The position numbers and the translations under genes were made by a program. Below, piece after piece: positions 13,560-27,685 of a stretch of DNA of 64,000 bases (position 1 is its first letter; each line of letters starts with the position of its first letter). Source of the DNA: Bispira polyomma (lineage: Eukaryota); contig OZ287757.1 of assembly GCA_965649765.1 (NCBI GenBank), positions 9,176,001-9,240,000 of the forward strand. Reading direction: 5' to 3'. Under the pieces are notes generated by a model, which was given only the letters and a program-made list of their open reading frames with translations, was not told where the DNA came from and did not search any database.

Positions 13560-16500
13560 TACCCGGTTTGGCGGTGGCGGCTCGTAATTGTCAAAATTAA
13601 ATTAATCTACTAGTCTTGTTATACCCACGTTTTGGCTTGTTTTACTCAAAAATCATCCTCACATGTTAGTATATAAACTATTTTTCTATTTTTATGCTTA
13701 GTCTTTGTACAACATTTTTTATTTTTTTGAATTTGGGGTTATACTGAAAACTATCCCCTATTATCGACCATCACCACTATATATTGTTTTCTGTTTTTGG
13801 GCTTGGTACCCCTTTTTTTTGTACCATCACGTTACTTTTAGCGCTTGGCGCTTTTGTATCCTCACGCAATATTTTGTTCCTTGTTTTTCTCCGAATTGCT
13901 TTTTTTTTTCTTTTTTTTTTTTTTTTCCCTTACAATATGTTAGCCATTAGGGCTGCCATCTTGTACCTGTCATTCCTTACGTTCTGTTACCGCAACGACT
14001 TAAAACTATCTGATACATTGTCAATGCAATACCACCTGGAAAACATTAATTTGTCTTGCAATCCTGTTCCACACTTCTGGTCCCTTCATACACACTGTTA
14101 TTTTCGATCTAAATTCTGCCCAGTCAATTACCTACCAAAGGCTAAAACATTCAAACTCATTACTATCCTACTGGCAGGTGATATTGTGAGAAACCTCGGA
14201 TTTGGAAATGCCCGCTCGTTGCGGAATAAAGGCCCTGTCATAGCCGATTTGATCGACTCATCCTCCATAGATATTTTCGGCATCACAGAAACACACATTA
14301 GGAGTTCTGATACTCCATCATTCCTCTCTGAACTTACCCCAGCTGACTTTCAGCTATTCCATACCCCTCGTTTAGGTAAACAGGGTGGGAGGGTGGGTTT
14401 TTTATTAAGAAAAACTATGAATGTCGATTAGTTGCTACATTAAGTTTTACATCTTTCGAACTCATCCTTGTCTCTGCTCACTGGAAAAACCAGTGTTTAA
14501 ATTTTGCAACAGTTTATCGGCCTCCTGGCTCAAATCTCACTACTTTTTTCGAAGAATTCATGTCTTTTGTTGGGTTTACTTGCTCGTTACCCTCTCCTAC
14601 TGTATTCTGTGGGGATTTCAATATTCACATAGACACCGCATCTGGAAATAGTAATCGGTTTTCCACAGTTTTGGAATCTTGCAATCTTACCCAACACATA
14701 AACTTTTCTACCCATATTCATGGGCATACACTAGACTGCTTGCTAACTCCTACTGATTTCAATGGTATCAAAAACATAAAAAACATTGGTTGCATCATTG
14801 ATCATTTTTCGATATCCTGTGAAATTGATGCTCCCTCCCCACCATCTTTTGATGTCACACAAATCACTTTTCGGCAATTTCAAAAAATCAATATGTCTGA
14901 CCTTAGACGAGAGTTGGCAGATACGGCCTTCATCAAGTCTCCTGCTGATAATGCCACTGACCTATACACACAGTACTGCACTGACCTGCAGCCTCTTATA
15001 GAACGCCAGAATCCGTGACGGTTTCACATTAGCTGCCCCAAATGCCCCTTTACCAACAGCTCCACCAACCGTCTTCAACTGTTTCTCCACAGTAACTGTT
15101 GATGAAGTCAGGAAAATTATACTGGCATCACCCGTAAAATCGTGCTTGCTAGATCCGTGGCCCACATTCCTTGTCAAAGAATGTATTGACATTTTATTGC
15201 CCTCAATCACAAAACTTATCAACCTCTTGTTGATAAATGGCGTCTTTCCAGATGATTTTAAAAAGGCTATTGTCACTCCTTTAATAAAAAAACCTTCTCT
15301 TCCAAAGGCTGACTTGAAAAATTACCGTCCTGTCTCAGGCCTTTGCTATATCTCTAAGTTGGTAGAACGCGCGGTTGCCTTACAGATCAAACAACATGTT
15401 GACATCAGCAATCTGTCCAATAAGTATCAGTCAGCGTACAAAAGTGGTCATTCTACTGAGACTGCACTTCTCTGCATCAAAAATGATGTTTATACATCTT
15501 TATCCAAAGGTATGCCTACTGCCTTAGTACTGCTGGATCTGTCAGCAGCCTTTGATACTATTGATCACAAAGTTCTTCTTGAGTGCCTATCGTCCTGGTT
15601 CGGTATCAGCGGTATGGCGCTTAAGTGGTTCACGGCATATTTATCTGATAGATTCCAATCAGTCAAAATTGGCAATATCTTATCCGACCCAACATGGTTA
15701 AAATTGGGTGTTCCCCAAGGTTCCGTCCTGGGTCCCATTTTGTTTTCCATGTACACCACTCCACTCAGCAAGATTATTGCTGCATACAAAAACATAAACT
15801 TTCACTTCTATGCTGATGATACCCAACTGTACATCCACCTTACACCTGACTCTGCCCAGGTAGCTTTCACTTCCTTACAGAACTGCCTTGTTGATGTACA
15901 ACACTGAATGGCAGCAAATAAACTCAAGCTGAACCCTGAGAAGACTGAGTTTATTTTGTTTGGCTCCAAGTCACAACGGGAAAAATTGTCCAGCTGTTTT
16001 CTACTTGACATTCTTGGCAGCAGGTTTTTTCCAGCTGACAAAGTACGAAACCTGGGTGTGGTGTTCGACTCTGAATTTTCCTTCTCGAACCATGTCGCAT
16101 CGGTGTGTAGATCATGTTTTGTTGGCCTCCGTGATTTCAGGCGGATTCGACGCTATCTTTCAAAATCCACTGCAATCACTGTTGCCAATGCTTTGGTCAG
16201 CAGCAGGCTTGATTACTCCAACACTCTGTTCCGTTCCTTATCTCGTAGTGATCTCAGACGCCAATATCCAACACTCATTGGCACGTATTGTGACCAAAAG
16301 ATCTAAATTTTCCCACATTACTCCTGTACTCAAGTCACTGCACTGGCTCCCAATAAAATATCGTGTTGCTTTCAAAACAGCAACAATAATATATAAATTT
16401 CTAAATTCTGGATTACCCACTTATTTTAGCCCCCATCTATCCAAATATACATGCTCAGTCAGGACTAGGCGCAGTAACCCTGAAAAATTATACCTTAACA

Positions 16501-16833
16501 TTCCCACTTTCGACCCTCGCATCCACAAATCCAAAGTTCAGTTCAATCACTGCCTAGCTGATGATGGCCTCCTCATTTGGAACAGCCTACCTGATCATGT
16601 TCGCCTGGCTCAAACTTTCTCCTCTTTCAGGAGTAAGCTGAAGGCCTATCTTTTTGAACAGGCTTTTCCACCTTAGCCGTCGCAACCATCTACGGTAGTC
16701 TCTCTGGTTACGACTTCCATCCGCCCACTATTTTTGATTTGCGATTAACGGTTTGGGTTTGTTGCGCCGTAGAATTTGTTGTACAAAGATTAAGCGCTAT
16801 AAAAGTACGACTAGATTAGATTAGATTAGATTA
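13560..16833 (+). mobile_element. Near full-length L2-clade LINE (single ORF: APE endonuclease + RT), (GATTA)n tail
   Basis: APE motifs NARSLRNK, GITET, GDFNIH, GHTLD, IDHF. RT motifs NYRPVSGL, LLDLSAAFDTIDH, GVPQGSVLGP, YADDTQLY. C-terminal LHWLPI, LKAYLF. 3' stem-loop GCGCCGTAG..TTAAGCGC and tail TAGATTAGATTAGATTAGATTA. 5' boundary approximate. Confidence 0.92.
13937..16676 (+). pseudogene. Disrupted L2 ORF2 (APE-RT)
   Basis: Pieces in ORFs 13784-14431, 14560-15018, 15146-15907, 15908-16306, 15960-16676. Frameshifts, a TGA at 15905-15907 and an apparent deletion of the APE-RT linker near 15010. Confidence 0.9.
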
Positions 16834-17245
16834 CCTAAAAAAACTACACTGGCTTCCCATTCACTCTAGATTCACGTTACCACATTCAAGGCTGTAGTCA
16901 CTTAACAGCCCTCCTACCTAACTTTCCTATTCTCTTTCAGTAACTTGAAAAATGGCAATATACTCTCTGTTTCTTCTGTTAGACCCATTAGGAAGAAGGA
17001 ATCCAGAACTTTCTCCATTGCAGCTCCCTTGCTATGGAATAATCTACCAGTTGACCTTAGATCAGTAGATTCACTTATTGGTTTTAGGAAAAAGCTCAAA
17101 ACCTATATCTTTAACCTTGACTACCCACCCAAGTTTCGTCATGTACACCCCCACATCTTTCCTTATAACCTTTCTATGCCCATGGAATACACAAGTGGAT
17201 CACTGATTCTGCTGTTGCGTTAAAAATGCATGATTCTAATAATAT
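16834..17245 (+). mobile_element. 5'-truncated L2 LINE (family X) abutting the tail of the long L2
   Basis: LKKLHWLP ... FSIAAPLLWNNLP ... KKLKTYIF plus family-X UTR. Confidence 0.8.
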
Positions 17246-17420
17246 ATATATGTGGGACAGTTAGAAGTTAACTTGCTGATGGTCAGTGGTTTGTAGAGCA
17301 GAAAATCTTGACTGACTACCTTGTTCTGATTTTAAGGCACCTATAAACGACGTATAAGTGAACATACATTGTCATGCTATCACATACCATGTCACAGCAG
17401 GCCCCCTCAGGGGACTGATA

Positions 17421-19530
17421 GTTCAGTCCACCTTAAAATTTATATACCTTACAACCTTAAATTTAGCTTTACATGTACACCCCAAAAATTGTGTATCAAC
17501 CTTTAGCCAATCATAGCCCACACACTTGCAGCTTAAGCTTCACTTTACAAACTCCATATTGAAATGGCCATTTTAAACTTCTATTTCAACAAGGCAAAAA
17601 GTGGAAAAAAATTTTGAAAGAAATTTAACAAATGAACTGTGATAAATTTCATTTTAATTGTTTTAAGTCTACATTCTTTTATACTGCTACATATTATATT
17701 ATATGTTGTGAAATATGGGAAGGACGAAGAAAACGCCTACACAAAGTACTGCAAAAAAAAACAAAGAAAAAGCCTTTGTCAACGAAACATGCAAAAAAAT
17801 GACAGGCATCAAATTTTATAATAATGAACCTCTATGGCCAGTTAACAACTTGTCTGAAATAATGGCAATATTACTGAGATTAGAGTCTTCTAACGCCAAA
17901 CTGTCAAAACAACTGTCAAAAGTCGAGCAGACAACTGTGGCAAATACAGGTATGTCACTGATACCACTATTATTGGGCCTGACTCACGGATCATCAATTC
18001 TCCAGATTAAAGCCACGGCTTCACTACCTACGGGACACCCAATGGTGACGTCTACAGCGAACATCGGCCTTGATGGTCAGATCATGTCTGTGGATCAGCC
18101 ACTGCTCGTGGGGACACAACCTATAGCCACACAGCATAATTTGGGAGCGTTTCTGACCATCAGCCAAGGCTGCTCACGTTCCGTCGCTGCCTGTTATGAG
18201 ACTTCCACCCACTTATATGCAGAACATTTGCCCCCAGATGTCAACGAATACGCAACCTGCTCCCACCGGGACTGGAATGGTACCTAGTATAGACGCGTTT
18301 CGTTCGCTGCCACATGTCCAGACAGAAGTATCCAGGCAGCTAGCACAGTACACAGCTATGGCTAATAGAGATTTTTCTCAGGGTAAGCCCTTATTAAAAC
18401 ATAAATCAGGTAGATTTTAATAGCACCGATGTAACTACAGTCGACCCTAGATTACGTTGGCCCAATGAGTGCTGGGAAGGCGGGTCAGTGAAGAAGAAGC
18501 CTGCATTTTTCGACTTATCGCTGGCCCAGTGGGCTGCAGGGCAGCTAGGAAACTCGCTTCTCGTTACAAATCTCAATGAGATGAGGGACATGATTAGACA
18601 GGTAATTTCTGCACTTCGGGACGCTTTGTCTCTTCCCTGGCATGTCGTCAGAACAGCATGGGCAGTTAGCATGCATGAGGTGGAGGAAGGTAGGCCACGA
18701 CACCCAGTGGGCACTTAACAGAATAAGTGCCTCAGAGATGGTCATGTTGAATGGTGCTTCTTCTAGTAATGTAACAAGTAGTAGTGACCCAAAAATGATA
18801 TGTAAACTTTATAACAATGGGAAATGTAGTTATAAAACAGATCACAGTAACTATAGGCACGTTTGCTGGCATTGTAGCCGTACCTTAGGGAAAGATTCCA
18901 ATCACCCGGAATTTAAATGTTATAGAGCAAATAGCAAGCAGTTAGTCAGTCAAACCAAAGTAAAGCAAGCTAGGACATTTTTCAACAACTAGTTAAACGA
19001 ACAATTAGAACTGAATGTAACAGCAGAATGGAGACAGTACATGAATTTAAAAACGACAAAGTCAATAGTAGTTCCAATGTAATGTGCGATAGAAATTATA
19101 TATATGATAAAGTATTTTATAGTGATAATGTGCATGATAATGGAAATGTTAACAGTAATTATATGGTTACCAATGTTCCTTCATCTTGTTACAGGAATGG
19201 GCCTGCAGCAGTAGACGATGATGTTATGAACATCCCTGTCAGATATGAGAGAAGTCAAAACATCTAATGATTTAATGTTTCTTCAAAATTTTCAGGCCAC
19301 TCATAATGACATCATACAGGGCTCTCAGCATGCACAAGATGACAATCAAGTCGTCAACGTAATCTCTTATAACTTGATTAAAGATGGTCATTATTCAAGC
19401 CATGTTGATTTCTAAGATAAAGATCTGCATTAATGCTTGCTGGATCAGGACAACAGTGAGTTACCAGACATAAGTGTCAGTGTTACAAACTGGAATCAAT
19501 TTCGTGAACATTGGCTCATCTGGGCTCCCA
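17421..19530 (+). mobile_element. 5' part of a YR retrotransposon (element D), relative of element F: terminus, gag, start of pol
   Basis: Starts GTTCAGTCCA like F. Frameshifted gag (17715-18992) matches F gag: MGRTKKTP, DLSLAQWAAGQL, CKLYNNGKCSYKTDHSNYRHVCWHC. Confidence 0.88.
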
Positions 19531-21187
19531 TAGACCTAGGGCAGACTTAAAAGGATTACTGCAGTATGTCCGTTAGATAGTCCCATTTTCACATGTATTA
19601 ATTATATGTTTTACATTGTTGCCTCCTGCGTGAGGTTTTTCTATAGTTATTACTGATATGGTAATAACCAATAACATATGGTCAGTGATGAATTATTGCT
19701 TTATACACTGTGCAAGGAACTAGACTTGTTCAATTACGTCTTGTGATATTTCTCTTTTATTTTCTGTACTTTGTACGGGCGTTTTTAAAATCTGGATATT
19801 TTAAAATCCTATTATACTACATTTATTGACAACATTATATATTTTACTAATATGTACAGTAATAAAAACCTCAAACCCAGTTTCATTCCCTTCTTGTTCT
19901 CACTTGCAAAATTCATTCAACTATGTAGCTCTACAACTTAACTTTGACCTTGACCTTAATACTTCACTAGTGAACTGGGCATTAATTAGTTGTGAGTCAA
20001 TAAAGCAACAAATACAAGTTCCCATCGCACCACACATTAATTTGCTGGTTAAACTTATAAAAAAATTAAAAGTTTTGGTTACAGACGCAGCTCAGAGACC
20101 ATGTAGAGAGTCCCATCTGTTACCCCTCCTCTGAGTTTACGCTAGGGTTCGGGAATGGAATAAGAGCTCTGTGATGTGGGACTCTGTGCAAGCGAATAAG
20201 TGCCTAGCGTTTCGAGCTTCTATTCCCATCACAACATAAATGATATTTTTATTGGAAACATTGTTTTTCTATGTCATGAGTCTTAGTAAATGCATTATTC
20301 TGACATTTTACGTCAACCTCTGATGGTGTTGTGCGTTTACTTTTAAGTCATTATTATAATACATACTCCTGAGCAATTTTACATGTTTTTAGCGGTTAGT
20401 TTTCTCCTGTTAGTTTTCTATCTTACGTACATCTGTTTCTGTTATGGTATCTTACTTATGTTACGTAGCTATACTGGCATTTAAAAAAAATTACCTACAA
20501 AATGTTATTGTATAGTTGTAAATAGAGACAAGTAGTTAGAGATAAATATTTCCAAACAGCATCTGATTTTTCACTTCCAATCTTATAATTGTGATCCTTA
20601 AGGTCACATTTTACAGCTCCAAGGGCAAAACTGAAATTTGGCGAACACATCCTATCTAACCAACTTAAACGACTGTATGAAATATTGACCATTGCAATGA
20701 GCCTAAGTATTTCGATATATAATAAGATCATAAATTCATTAATAGCTGTGAAACGATTGAAGCACAGTAGTTTATTTTTTAAAATCACAATTATTTGAAT
20801 AATATAAGATCATGCATTACTTCATACATGTGAAGCAATTAAGGCCCAGTAATTTATTAAAACTTACATTTTGGGGAGATATCAGTCCAAATATAGTGTA
20901 CTCTTTCACCTTTGGCAAATGGTTGAAAAAAAGAAAGACGCGTTTACAGAAAAAAACATCTGCTTTAACAATAAATACGAAAAAGAAAATGTTGACTGGG
21001 CCACAGTTCTTAGTCACGTGTTTATATGTACTAGAACCACATATCTTGCCAAATGACAAACACAGCTTCTACATTGTGTGATCGGGCTTATTAGCATATT
21101 TATGAATTTTGAATCCCTGGGTCTGTAATATCCATGTCTACATACATAATGACTCATATCACAACATCATGTTGATATGTTGATGCA

Positions 21188-21218
<31 letters not shown>

Positions 21219-22242
21219 TTGTTTGTGTCCCTGCCATTTACATATATTTGCCAGGAAGTTGCCCCGGTAGTAAGGTATTTCGTTTTCAGTGCTTTGATTT
21301 TATTAAACTTGTATATTAATGCTTTATTAACATAGATTTACCATAAAAAGTGAATAAACGAATTGACTCTCAAGGAGAGAATTTGGGTGTACTATTACTG
21401 AATACTTCTTCCTGGTAACAACAGCTAAGGTGTGTAAAAGTATAAAACGCAGAAATTCACATAAACTCACTGAGGTTTTTTGGTAGTAGTAATAATTGAC
21501 AGTTAACTAAACGTTATGTCAGCTACATATACATTATATAGAATAGCTATATATACCTATGTTTACACATGTATAGGTAAAAAAGATAGGATGGTTAACT
21601 AACTTGCATCATATGACACTGATCCATTGTTTTGGGCAGCCTAAAGTCACATTGTGGTATGCGGGCACTGAGTGTACTATCTCATCAACACAGCAACTCC
21701 AGAACAGAGGACTTTGTGTTTATCATTATAAAACATTCTGGTGGATTTTTCTTCAGCTGGTTGAAAGTCCTCGTTTCAGTGCCTCTCCCTATGTTATAAG
21801 GTACTTGAACTGGGGGTATATCAGTTATATTACTATATTTTAGCTAAACGAATATATATATATACACTGTGAGTATTAAAGGCCACCTTACCAGCATTAG
21901 GGTTAACTTAAATAAATAAGTTTAATTTTAATTTACATTTCAGTTTAAGGTTAACTTAAATATTACCGACTTCACTTTGAGGTGATCTTAAATGCTAGGA
22001 TACATTATACAAAAGACTTTAAGTTGAAATTAAGTTTGAACTTATCAAAGGTAAAGCAGACCCAGGGAAAGGGAAAATAGAATGCCACTAAATGTGTAAG
22101 ATATAGATAAAGTATTAAGGTGCTGTTCCACTATCAAGACAATAGTCGGGAGGGGTCCGGATTATATGATCCTGGCCAATCCTTAGCAATTGCCCACGAT
22201 TTCTTGACCAAAAAAGGCTGAAAAATTTACATATAAAGATTG

Positions 22243-22448
22243 AAAAGATAAGTCTGGAGGGCCCAAAAGATAAGTCTTTGGAAGTAAAAGATAAGTCTTA
22301 ACTGAAAAAGATAAGTCTTAAATCCCACCACGATCTCATAAAGATAAGTCGATCAGCCTTGCTGTTTGAGGTTATCTAACATGTTTGAAAACCTTTTGCG
22401 ACCTCCGCGATTAGAAAAGATAAGTCTTTCATCAAGGGATAAGTCTTT
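22243..22448. repeat. Array of seven (AAAA)GATAAGTC(T) motifs
   Basis: Copies at 22243, 22265, 22286, 22306, 22339, 22415, 22436. Confidence 0.85.
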
Positions 22449-22559
22449 AGTGAGACGAATCTTCCAGGATATTGGCCCCCAAACTCATAATCATTAAGGT
22501 CAGTGGTATGACCGACATAGTAGAAAAAGGGTATAACATTTGTATAAAAATACCCCAAG

Positions 22560-23200
22560 GGACAACTAGGAGATCGGAGCTGGGGGACAAGAGTGTTTGA
22601 AATTGCTGTGCTACTGGTGAACTTGAGATGCGTGCGTCCAGGTAGCATGACCCTGTATGTCTTGTAGGGCTACATTCTGGTTAAATGTCAGAGTAGCACC
22701 CAAACGCTGGAAGGAGTGAAATGTTAAAAGGAGTGACTTATTGGAAAGATACACGCTACCATGTTGTCAGGAAAAGGTTGACTTTTATACTTGGAATTCA
22801 ATAAAGGTGAGTTGCTAGGGCCCAGTGTTATGGCCACTATAATCATCATTGCTTTAACTGGACACATGGTGGAATGCTCCAGGAGTGGAACCTTGATAAC
22901 TCTATGTTTCTGGCTTGTAATGTTTTCCATTTAGTCATAATAGGCAGACTAAGGGGAGCAAATAGGACATCCCTTTGGCTAACTGCTGAAGGTGTGAGTA
23001 GGCTGCAATGGGGAACTAGATTGGAAATTCTCAGAAATAAAAAAAAAATGTAAATAACTAAACTGCCTTCAACACTTGCCCCATACGCATACATCATCAA
23101 CCAAATAGCATCACTACGTATGATGTAAAAACGCATGTCTATGTCTAAACCCGAAGACATATAGGTCGTCCACTTCAAGTCACAATAAGTCATAATCTGA
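22560..23200 (-). pseudogene. Tyrosine recombinase remnant of a DIRS/Ngaro-type element
   Basis: FFLFLRISNLVP, TKWKTLQ, MCPVKAM, HSFQRLGAT, QDIQGHATW across frames. Confidence 0.8.
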
Positions 23201-26200
23201 TGGGTCAATTTTTATTTGACAAAATGCTTAGAATACTCTATATAACATACAACCCCCCCCCCCCCCCCCCCGAAACCCCTAATGTGGCATGTAATGTCAT
23301 CAATAGTTGGGAGTGTAAGTATAAACGGGTTGTATGGCTTTCTCATCCTATCAGAGGACAGCATGACTTCCCTTGGCCAAGGAAAAGTTATGATTGCTGT
23401 CCATAATATCTACTAAATACTCTAACATGGTGTTGTTAATGTCACTACTTTATTCATTTCTGAATGTTTGGACGAAACCAGCCACCATTGAGGCATTGTC
23501 AGGTTGTCACAAGTGACTCTATGTTTGCTCTGTCCTCCAATATAGAATTATGGGGCCATGTAACCCGTTTGTGGACAAATACATTATCAGCTCCCACATA
23601 ATTTGTAGCCTGGTGTCTCAAAACAATCACTGAGCTCTCCTGATGCAACTTTTTGCTCTATTTCAGATATGCGGCCCCACAAGTCTTTTAACTTGTCTAG
23701 TGTTCTGAGGTTTATTTAAGTTGATGTAATATCACTCACAGGGGCCCCAATTAAATCAGTAGCATATTGCATTTTTGTTAATGATTTCTTTTAGTTGCCT
23801 TTGCAGGCTAAACAATCGAAAGTGTTTTCTAGGAACCCTTATCCCTATATTAACTAAGAATAACACTTAATACGTGCAGATATACAATCAGAGATTGTTA
23901 AATTTTGAGCCAAACTACTTGTATTTTAAGTGACTTGGTGATATTAATTGTAAAATATATACGCCCCTCCAATTTTTGCCCAACAATGCAGTGGAAGCTA
24001 TATGAGCATGACTCAAAGCCGAGTTAGCATAAATGGTTAACAGATCAGGCAGACCCTCTTTTCATAAGCCAGCATAAATATTAGTCGATCATAGTTCAAC
24101 ATTCCTGGCATAGGTAAGGGCACACTTGTAGGGTATAAAATCGGTAAATATTTGAAAAAATAATTATATAAAATAAACAGTCTATAAGCATTTTGACTTT
24201 TAGTTACAGAATGAACATGGAGGAAAATTGACGGTGAACATTAATTAATTTGACCCCAGTGCTGACCAATCACTATGTGAGTTAGTCATTACCAGAATAT
24301 ACTTTTAAAATCATTAAGGACACTGACCTTACTATACCGCGGGGAAATACCTTACAAAATCAATTTGACTTGATATTTACATTTTTTAATGAAAGCCAAC
24401 ATGATTTATGGCGTGGATATATTTATGACAAACTTCTAATGCAATTACAAAGTATATAAAAAAAAATAAGTACACACTCACAGATTAAAATAATCATACC
24501 CCATATTGAATAGCTTTAAGAATATCTAGTTAATTACACACCAGCATTGGTGTACTGTATTAGGATAAATACACTTAATTGTTGCATAACTACTGGTGTA
24601 AAATGGCTTTTTGGACATCTGTTTAAAATGGCACGAAACGATTGGTTTGGGAAGCTTGGAGTTATATTTTGTTATGCAGGCACTGAGTGTGTAACACGAC
24701 CCCCTCCCCCTACCCATCTCCCCCACCACACCCACACATACATACACTATGTGGTAAAAACTACTGAACCTTTATGGGACCTTTTTTATGTGTGTGAAAA
24801 ACCAAAAACATAGATTTTATCTCATACCTTCTGCTACTCCAGAACAGTCAATAACCTTGTGTTTATCATTATAAAACATGCTGGTTAACTTTTTCATGGT
24901 CTGGTTGAAAGTTATCATTTCAAAGCACCGATATTTCTTCATTTCATCATTTTGTTATGATATATTGTGACAAAAAATACAATCATTCTAAAAACAGGTT
25001 CTCTCACAGACAGACTGTCAACAGATTCACTTTTGAATGCAGAGGACATGGGTTCGATGTAGGAAAAGGTATCAAAGTGCCTCAAATGGGCATATATTTC
25101 TGAATTTCTTCCAATGTGACCCGACATCGATCACAATCAGGGGCAGACCAAGTTCAGAGAGATACACATAGTAGCTGGTATGACTGCTTGAAATGGTAGA
25201 TTCTATCACCCAGTGGCAGGCTAAAGATCATGGGGCTAGTTGATAATGCCCTGGTCACACGTTGCCGGTATGGTAGTCGGCTCTAGAAGGTAATAGGATA
25301 TACTGTAACTTGTCTTGCCACCTAATAAATTGACATCTTCCATCTACGCAAAATATACCCTCTGTAATTTGTTTTTTTTTCAGACGGGAAAAGATAATAC
25401 TATTACGATAGATACAGTAGTTAAACAGAAATACACAGTAGAAAGAGACCGAAAAAAACTGAAGAAAGAGTTACAGTAGTGAAACAGGAAATACACCAAA
25501 ATTGTCGGAAACAGCCTGAAACACATGGTTACAGGGACGAAAGACTTACAGTATAATTTGGTACTACCCAGAAATGGGTGGAAGTTTTTTACCGCGTTGA
25601 TTATAAATACCCAAATGTCTCTTTTCAGCTAGGGGAATGCAAGTTACTGTATTTGTGCAATAATGAAAAGGTTAAGTATCCCCTTGAATATCCGGTAATA
25701 AAGGTAGATGATTGTGCTACTTTTATGACTTTGAATACAATACCAATCTTAACTCTATACCTAGTGAATACCTAAAACTTCAAGAGTACAAACTAATGCC
25801 CCATTTACATATTACCAGGAGGTCTTGTAACTGGTATTTCTATCTGTTATATTGGCTGTCCACCTAGGAAAAAAATAAATTCTGTGAAACTTGTCCATAT
25901 AAGTTTTACAGAAAAAAAGAAACGATTACTGGCACGAAAGAGTTCCAGCTAGTAATGATACAGAAATATTCTAAAATTGTCGGAAACAGACGGTTTTGGG
26001 GACGGAAGACTTACAGTAGTGATAAAGTAACTCACTCGGAATCAAGGGGAAGGATTTTTTAGCCTTTTTCCGCCTTTGTGAGGACGTTAAATATCCCAAT
26101 TCAAAAAAAAAAAAAAATTATCATTATTTTAGAAATGCTCATACTTATACACTACATTATATAAATAGTACTAGAATATTACAACAGCTAATAGTGTTGG

Positions 26201-27280
26201 TACTTTCGTGTATGTATATGCAATGATATATGATAACCCCAACATTGCATATGCGGCTACTTTTAAACTACTACATTATTTTTTTAAACAGCTAAATATT
26301 TTTTTGGGGTCAGAGACCTCTAACTTAAACATTAGCTAGGCGTCGCCATGTTGTATGACGGGTCCAAGATGAACAATGATTATATTCGTGAAATGAATAT
26401 CTTGTTTTATCGTTGTTAATATTGTATTTGCCTGATATCTGTGGTTAATATATATGTCTGCTATAACATTTTACATCAAGTGCCCCCACCTCCTCTCTGA
26501 CCCGGCTTTTAAAAAAAACATTCTTGTGGCACCATTTGTTTTTGTGTGTACACAAATGCTGAAGAAAATGACTCTCTATATTTTGTAGTGAGATAAAGCT
26601 GGAGTGAATCACAAGCTATAGGTGTGTGTGTGTGGTTTTGTGTTGCTTGTCCCAGCCAGTTGATTTTACACACTGATATGTGTTATCAACACAGACACAA
26701 GGGAGGACAAACTGCAGTTGTTAGAACCACTCACTGTGCAGGCAGTTTGTGATACCAATATGTGTTTCCACACACAAAAGTTACACAGTACATGTATAAT
26801 ATAAAGTGTGTAAAACTTACAAACAGGCAAGAACATTGAATATACAAACTCCTGCAGTTACAAGTGATCTATTTCATCCATTTATTTGAACGAGGAATGG
26901 TGTGGGAATTTATATATTACTTAAAAAGAAGCTTGAACAAGAAGGTTGTGATGATCAGTTGCATCACATGTAAACTGTATGTAAATCTGTGTTTAATTAC
27001 ATATGATGACTAATTAATGTGTGACATACATGGCCTAAAAACAGTCCTGAACTTTGTACTTTCTGTGAAAGCAAGCGAGATAGGCTTACCTGACAGGCGG
27101 ATAAAACAGGTGACTATGTTCAAGTGCACTGATAAAGTGAACAGATCAGAATATGTACAAAATAGATGTGCCTTGCTGTTCAAAGCCCTAAGACGTTACA
27201 ACAATAACTACAGTCCTAATCATGAGTTTGGGCTTTGGTCTGTACAGAGCATTAGTGACAGATCTGAACAGAGAAGAGAC

Positions 27281-27562
27281 ATGGTAGAGTATGGACAACA
27301 TACAAGGCAACCAGCAGCTGTGGGGGCTCAGCAAAAGGCTGGCTTGGAGGCCAGAGAACAACAGCAGCAGCCGATGGATGAAGGCAGTAGTGGACTTCCC
27401 TTTGAACAATACATGGAGAGTGACAGATATTTTAAAGACCAAGAAGCTAAATCTCCAGCATGGATCGCCAAGGATTCTGCGTATATTGGCTACTCTGATG
27501 AAACCGATGAATACGACGACGGTAGTGCTGTGGATCACAATGTGGCAGAATTACTGGCTAAG
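27281..27562 (+). CDS. Probable host first coding exon (94 codons, acidic/Gln-rich N-terminus), product unknown
   Basis: GC-richer open frame. GACATGG start at 27281, possible acceptor TGTACAG ending 27247, donor AAG|GTAAAT at 27562/27563 (phase 0). No recognisable TE motif; no partner exon identified. Confidence 0.5.
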
Positions 27563-27685
27563 GTAAATATAACGAAAAGCATAAGTGAATAGTTATAGAT
27601 ATATATACATAAAAATAGCTTTAGTTTAAGCATGGTGAATGTAAAACCTGTTTGTTATTCGTCCGTCTGTAATATCAGTGAATCA

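Noticed and set aside
13705-13950. Phe-rich membrane protein ORFs
   Set aside because: Produced by T-runs in the L2 5' UTR.
22243-22448. CRISPR-like array
   Set aside because: Repeats are 13 bp with mostly 7-9 bp spacers, there are no cas genes, and the context is eukaryotic.
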